From assembly GCF_053078305.1 (NCBI RefSeq), contig NZ_CP166879.1: DNA of 64,000 nt. One strand, written 5' to 3'. Of this stretch, positions 58,914 to 64,000 are shown one piece after another. How positions within the stretch are numbered: position 1 is the first letter of the stretch; every line of letters starts with the position of its first letter. A program made the translations under genes and the position numbers. The notes beneath the pieces are model-generated. The model was given only the letters and a program-made list of their open reading frames with translations. It was not told the DNA's origin and searched no databases.

Positions 58914-59459
58914 TTACAGCTTGATAAAATGCTCGCGGTAGTAAGCCAGCTCCGCCACCGATTCACGGATATCATCCATCGCCTGATGCGTCCCCTGCTT
59001 GGTAAAACCATCCAGAATTTCCGGCTTCCAGCGGCGCGCCAGCTCTTTCAGGGTGCTGACATCGAGATAACGGTAGTGGAAGTAGGCTTCCAGCTCCGGC
59101 ATGTATTTAAACAGGAAGCGACGATCCTGGCCGATGCTGTTACCGCAAATCGGCGATTTTCCCGCAGGCACCCACTGTTTTAAGAATTCGAGCGTTGCCA
59201 GTTCAGCTTCACGATCGCCCATCGTGCTCGCTTTCACGCGCTCTACCAGCCCGCTGGCGGTATGGGTGCGCACGTTCCAGTCATCCATCAGCGCCAGCTG
59301 TTCATCGGACTGGTGTACTGCAATGGTCGGCCCTTCTGCCAGAATATTCAGGTTGGCATCGGTCACCAGCGTGGCAATCTCAATAATGCGATCGCGCTCG
59401 GGATCCAGACCGGTCATCTCAAGATCGATCCAAATCAGGTTGTTTTCATTGGCACTCAT
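58914..59459 (-). CDS. orn: Oligoribonuclease
   Basis: 181 aa from [21 protein letters not shown] (DEDDh exonuclease). Confidence 0.95.
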
Positions 59460-59553
59460 GCTATTTTCCACCCATTCACAGTGACTATATTGATCCACAA
59501 TTGCGTGTATCATAGATGTTTTGCCCATCAGGGGCGACCAGGAGTCTGTACGA

Positions 59554-60606
59554 TTGAGTAAAAATAAACTCTCCAAAGGCCAGCAGCGCCGCGTGAACGC
59601 CAATCACCAGCGTCGTCTTAAAACGTCTAAGGAGAAGCCCGACTACGACGACAATCTGTTTGGCGAGCCTGATGAAGGTATCGTCATCAGCCGCTTTGGT
59701 ATGCACGCTGATGTGGAATCCGCCGATGGCGACGTTCACCGCTGCAATATTCGCCGTACCATCCGTTCGCTGGTGACCGGCGACCGCGTAGTCTGGCGTC
59801 CGGGTAAACCGGCGGCGGAAGGCGTAAATGTCAAAGGGATCGTGGAAGCGGTGCATGAGCGCACCTCGGTGTTGACGCGTCCGGATTTCTACGACGGCGT
59901 GAAACCTATTGCCGCCAACATCGACCAGATTGTCATTGTCTCCGCCATTTTGCCGGAGCTGTCACTCAATATTATCGACCGTTACCTGGTGGCCTGCGAA
60001 ACCTTGCAGATTGAGCCGATTATTGTGCTCAACAAGATAGACCTGCTGGACGACGAAGGCATGGCGTTCGTCAACGAACAGATGGATATCTACCGCAATA
60101 TCGGTTATCGCGTATTGATGGTTTCCAGCCATACTCAGGATGGGCTAAAACCGCTGGAAGAGGCGTTGACCGGGCGCATCAGCATTTTTGCCGGGCAGTC
60201 TGGCGTTGGTAAATCCAGCCTGCTGAACGCGTTGCTGGGGCTGCAAAAAGAGATCCTGACCAACGATGTCTCTGACAACTCGGGGCTCGGTCAGCACACC
60301 ACGACCGCCGCACGCCTGTATCACTTCCCGCACGGCGGTGATGTGATTGATTCCCCTGGTGTGCGTGAGTTCGGCCTCTGGCACCTGGAGCCGGAACAAA
60401 TCACTCAGGGCTTTGTCGAATTCCATGACTATTTAGGTCTGTGTAAATATCGCGATTGCAAACACGATACCGATCCGGGCTGCGCTATCCGGGAAGCGGT
60501 TGAGGAAGGGAAAATCGCGGAAACCCGTTTCGAAAACTATCACCGTATTCTGGAAAGCATGGCGCAGGTAAAAACGCGTAAAAACTTTTCTGATACGGAT
60601 GACTGA
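59554..60606 (+). CDS. rsgA: Ribosome small-subunit-dependent GTPase A
   Basis: 350 aa from a TTG start ([10 protein letters not shown]); [10 protein letters not shown]-loop and C-terminal Cys cluster. Confidence 0.9.
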
Positions 60607-60643
60607 CAATTAAGCTAACCGTCGTTAGAATCGTCCCCTTTTT

Positions 60644-60672
60644 TTCAGGATCCGGCATGTAGGCCGGATCAG
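60644..60672. repeat. REP-like palindrome between rsgA and psd
   Basis: gatccggc-atgtag-gccggatc inverted repeat. Confidence 0.5.
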
Positions 60673-60702
60673 GAACGACAAAACAATGGCCTGGAGGCTA
60701 CC

Positions 60703-61671
60703 TTGTTAAATTCATTTAAACTTTCGCTACAGTACATTCTGCCGAAACTATGGCTTACTCGCCTGGCGGGTTGGGGCGCAAGCAAGCGGGCAGGATGGCT
60801 GACAAAACTGGTTATCGATCTGTTCGTTAAATACTACAAGGTCGACATGAAAGAGGCGCAAAAGCCGGACACCGCCAGCTACCGCACCTTTAACGAATTC
60901 TTTGTCCGTCCGCTGCGTGACGAAGTACGCCCAATCGATACCGATCCGAATGTCCTGGTTATGCCTGCCGATGGCGTTATCAGCCAGTTGGGTAAAATCG
61001 AAGAAGATAAAATCCTGCAAGCCAAAGGCCACAACTACAGCCTCGAAGCCCTGCTGGCAGGCAACTATCTGATGGCGGACCTGTTCCGCAACGGTACGTT
61101 TGTGACCACTTACCTCTCCCCGCGTGACTACCACCGCGTACACATGCCGTGCAACGGTATTCTGCGTGAGATGATCTACGTGCCGGGCGATCTCTTCTCC
61201 GTTAACCATCTCACGGCTCAGAACGTGCCGAATCTGTTTGCCCGTAACGAACGCGTGATCTGCCTGTTCGATACCGAATTTGGCCCAATGGCGCAGATTC
61301 TGGTCGGTGCGACGATTGTAGGCAGCATTGAGACTGTCTGGGCGGGCACCATTACGCCGCCGCGCGAAGGCATCATCAAGCGCTGGACCTGGCCTGCCGG
61401 GGAAAACGACGGTTCTGTGGCACTGCTGAAAGGCCAGGAAATGGGTCGCTTTAAACTCGGTTCCACCGTTATCAACCTGTTTGCACCGGGTAAAGTGAAT
61501 CTGGTTGAGCAACTGGAAAGCCTGTCTGTCACGAAAATTGGCCAGCCGCTGGCAGTATCTACCGAAACCTTTGTTACGCCAGACGCTGAACCCGCCCCGC
61601 TTCCTGCTGAAGAGATCGAAGCAGAACACGACGCCAGCCCATTGGTTGACGATAAAAAAGACCAGGTCTAA
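60703..61671 (+). CDS. psd: Phosphatidylserine decarboxylase proenzyme
   Basis: 322 aa with the LGST self-cleavage motif near the C-terminus. Confidence 0.95.
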
Positions 61672-61692
61672 TCCATCAAAGGAAACGCTGAC

Positions 61693-64000
61693 GTGCGCCT
61701 GATTATCACTTTTCTGATGGCCTGGTGCCTCAGTTGGGGGGCGTACGCCGCGACGGCCCCCGATAGCAAACAAATCACCCAGGAACTGGAGCAGGCAAAA
61801 GCGGCGAAACCCGCACAGCCGGAAGTCGTAGAGGCGCTCCAGTCTGCCTTAAATGCGCTTGAGGAACGAAAAGGTTCCCTTGAGCGCATCAAGCAATATC
61901 AAGAAGTCATTGATAATTATCCGAAACTCTCCGCTACTCTGCGCGCACAATTAAACAACATGCGTGACGAGCCGCGCAGCGTGTCGCCGGGGATGTCTAC
62001 CGACGCGCTGAATCAGGAAATTCTCCAGGTCAGCAGTCAGTTGCTGGATAAAAGCCGTCAGGCCCAGCAAGAGCAGGAGCGCGCCCGCGAGATTGCCGAT
62101 TCGCTGAATCAACTGCCGCAACAGCAAACCGACGCCCGCCGTCAGTTAAACGAGATCGAGCGCCGTCTGGGAACGCTTACCGGCAATACTCCGCTCAATC
62201 AGGCACAAAATTTCGCGTTGCAGTCTGACTCCGCACGCCTGAAAGCGCTCGTTGATGAACTGGAACTGGCGCAGCTGTCTGCCAATAACCGCCAGGAATT
62301 AGCGCGCTTGCGCTCTGAGCTGGCTGAAAAAGAGAGCCAGCAACTGGATGCGTATTTGCAGGCCTTGCGTAATCAATTGAACAGCCAACGCCAGCTTGAG
62401 GCAGAGCGGGCGCTGGAAAGTACCGAATTACTAGCAGAAAACAGTGCCGATTTGCCGAAAGATATCGTCGCGCAATTCAAAATTAACCGCGAACTATCGG
62501 CGGCTTTGAATCAACAGGCGCAGCGGATGGATCTCGTTGCCTCGCAACAGCGTCAGGCTGCCAGCCAGACGTTACAGGTCCGGCAGGCGTTGAATACGCT
62601 GCGTGAACAGTCGCAATGGCTGGGATCGTCCAATCTGCTCGGTGAAGCGTTGCGGGCGCAGGTGGCACGGCTGCCGGAAATGCCGAAACCACAACAGCTT
62701 GATACCGAAATGGCGCAGTTGCGTGTGCAACGGTTACGTTATGAGGATCTGCTTAATAAACAGCCGCTGCTACGGCAAATTCATCAGGCCGACGGTCAGC
62801 CGCTGACTGCCGAGCAAAACCGTATTCTCGAAGCACAGCTACGCACTCAGCGTGAGTTGCTGAACTCATTGTTGCAGGGTGGCGACACACTACTGCTGGA
62901 ACTGACCAAGCTGAAAGTCTCTAACGGGCAACTGGAGGATGCGCTGAAAGAGGTGAACGAAGCGACGCACCGCTATCTGTTCTGGACCTCTGACGTGCGC
63001 CCGATGACCATCGCCTGGCCGCTGGAAATCGCCCAGGATCTGCGTCGTCTCATTTCGCTGGACACCTTCAGTCAGTTGGGCAAAGCCAGTGTGATGATGC
63101 TGACCAGCAAAGAGACGATTTTGCCGCTGTTTGGCGCGTTGATTCTGGTCGGTTGCAGTATTTACTCGCGCCGCTATTTCACCCGTTTTCTTGAACGTTC
63201 GGCGGCGAAAGTCGGTAAAGTGACTCAGGATCACTTCTGGCTGACGTTACGCACTCTTTTCTGGTCGATTCTCGTCGCGTCACCGCTGCCGGTGCTGTGG
63301 ATGACGCTGGGTTACGGCTTGCGCGAGGCGTGGCCTTATCCGCTGGCGGTCGCGATTGGTGATGGCGTCACAGCCACCGTGCCGCTGCTGTGGGTAGTGA
63401 TGATTTGCGCTACCTTTGCCCGCCCGAACGGCTTGTTTATCGCTCATTTTGGTTGGCCGCGCGAACGTGTTTCCCGTGGGATGCGCTACTACCTGATGAG
63501 CATCGGGCTTATTGTGCCACTGATTATGGCGCTGATGATGTTCGATAATCTCGACGACCGCGAATTTTCCGGTTCGCTGGGACGGCTTTGCTTTATCCTC
63601 ATTTGCGGTGCGCTGGCGGTGGTCACCCTCAGCCTGAAAAAGGCCGGGATCCCGCTGTATCTCAACAAAGAAGGCAGCGGCGACAATATTACCAACCATA
63701 TGTTGTGGAACATGATGATTGGCGCGCCACTGGTTGCCATTCTGGCGTCGGCGGTGGGTTATCTGGCAACGGCACAGGCGCTGTTAGCGAGGCTTGAAAC
63801 CTCGGTTGCCATCTGGTTCCTGCTACTGGTGGTTTATCACGTTATCCGCCGCTGGATGCTGATCCAGCGCCGCAGGCTGGCGTTTGACCGGGCGAAGCAT
63901 CGCCGGGCAGAGATGTTAGCGCAACGTGCGCGTGGCGAAGAGGAAGCACATCATCACAGTAGCCCGGAAGGGGCAATTGAAGTCGATGAAAGCGAAGTCG
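61693..64000 (+). CDS. mscM: Miniconductance mechanosensitive channel MscM, 5' part (continues beyond window end)
   Basis: GTG start at 61693; manual translation VRLIITFLMAWCLSWGAYAA then coiled-coil and membrane segments; open to the window end, so absent from the ORF track. Confidence 0.85.
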   Translation, partial: MRLIITFLMAWCLSWGAYAATAPDSKQITQELEQAKAAKPAQPEVVEALQSALNALEERKGSLERIKQYQEVIDNYPKLSATLRAQLNNMRDEPRSVSPGMSTDALNQEILQVSSQLLDKSRQAQQEQERAREIADSLNQLPQQQTDARRQLNEIERRLGTLTGNTPLNQAQNFALQSDSARLKALVDELELAQLSANNRQELARLRSELAEKESQQLDAYLQALRNQLNSQRQLEAERALESTELLAENSADLPKDIVAQFKINRELSAALNQQAQRMDLVASQQRQAASQTLQVRQALNTLREQSQWLGSSNLLGEALRAQVARLPEMPKPQQLDTEMAQLRVQRLRYEDLLNKQPLLRQIHQADGQPLTAEQNRILEAQLRTQRELLNSLLQGGDTLLLELTKLKVSNGQLEDALKEVNEATHRYLFWTSDVRPMTIAWPLEIAQDLRRLISLDTFSQLGKASVMMLTSKETILPLFGALILVGCSIYSRRYFTRFLERSAAKVGKVTQDHFWLTLRTLFWSILVASPLPVLWMTLGYGLREAWPYPLAVAIGDGVTATVPLLWVVMICATFARPNGLFIAHFGWPRERVSRGMRYYLMSIGLIVPLIMALMMFDNLDDREFSGSLGRLCFILICGALAVVTLSLKKAGIPLYLNKEGSGDNITNHMLWNMMIGAPLVAILASAVGYLATAQALLARLETSVAIWFLLLVVYHVIRRWMLIQRRRLAFDRAKHRRAEMLAQRARGEEEAHHHSSPEGAIEVDESEV

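Noticed and set aside
60644-60672. Hairpin after rsgA as a rho-independent terminator
   Set aside because: The T-tract lies before the stem on the plus strand and no U-tract follows on either strand; more consistent with a REP-like palindrome.
60748-61773. 341 aa minus-strand ORF overlapping psd
   Set aside because: Antisense to psd, which is complete and matches the known protein including the LGST cleavage motif.

Overview
This window reads as an Escherichia coli chromosomal segment in two parts; all calls are from reading the sequence and recalling protein families, with no database search run. Positions 1 to about 28160 are a horizontally acquired, mostly AT-rich island whose left end lies outside the window. 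It carries a two-partner-secretion / contact-dependent-inhibition-like locus (cdiB, an HlyC-type acyltransferase, and the 5' part of a cdiA-like exoprotein gene running off the window edge), then a minus-strand block of poorly characterised genes (two YagK/YfjJ-like proteins, two paralogous zinc-ribbon proteins, an Hha-family modulator). After a TTACA-repeat-rich divergent non-coding region comes a plus-strand block: a ribbon-helix-helix fusion protein, AlpA, two orphan proteins, a YeeP-like GTPase, antigen 43 (flu) with its three-GATC phase-variation switch, a YeeR-like membrane protein, and a CP4-57/CP4-44-type module ending in a CbeA/CbtA toxin-antitoxin pair and YeeW. The island abuts a ulaE gene truncated after about 18 codons; ulaF is absent. 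Positions 28161 to 64000 are conserved core in K-12-like order: ulaDCBA, ulaG, ulaR, yjfP, bsmA, yjfN, aidB, yjfC-yjfM-yjfL-yjfK-yjfJ-yjfI, rlmB, rnr, nsrR, purA, yjeT, hflC-hflK-hflX-hfq-miaA-mutL-amiB-tsaE-nnr, queG, three tandem tRNA-Gly(GCC) genes, orn, rsgA, psd and the 5' part of mscM. No integrase, transposase, CRISPR array or rRNA was seen. The best candidates for something undescribed are the overlapping zinc-ribbon gene pair flanked by Gp2-like genes, the TTACA repeat array, and the two orphan RHH-containing proteins in AT-rich DNA.
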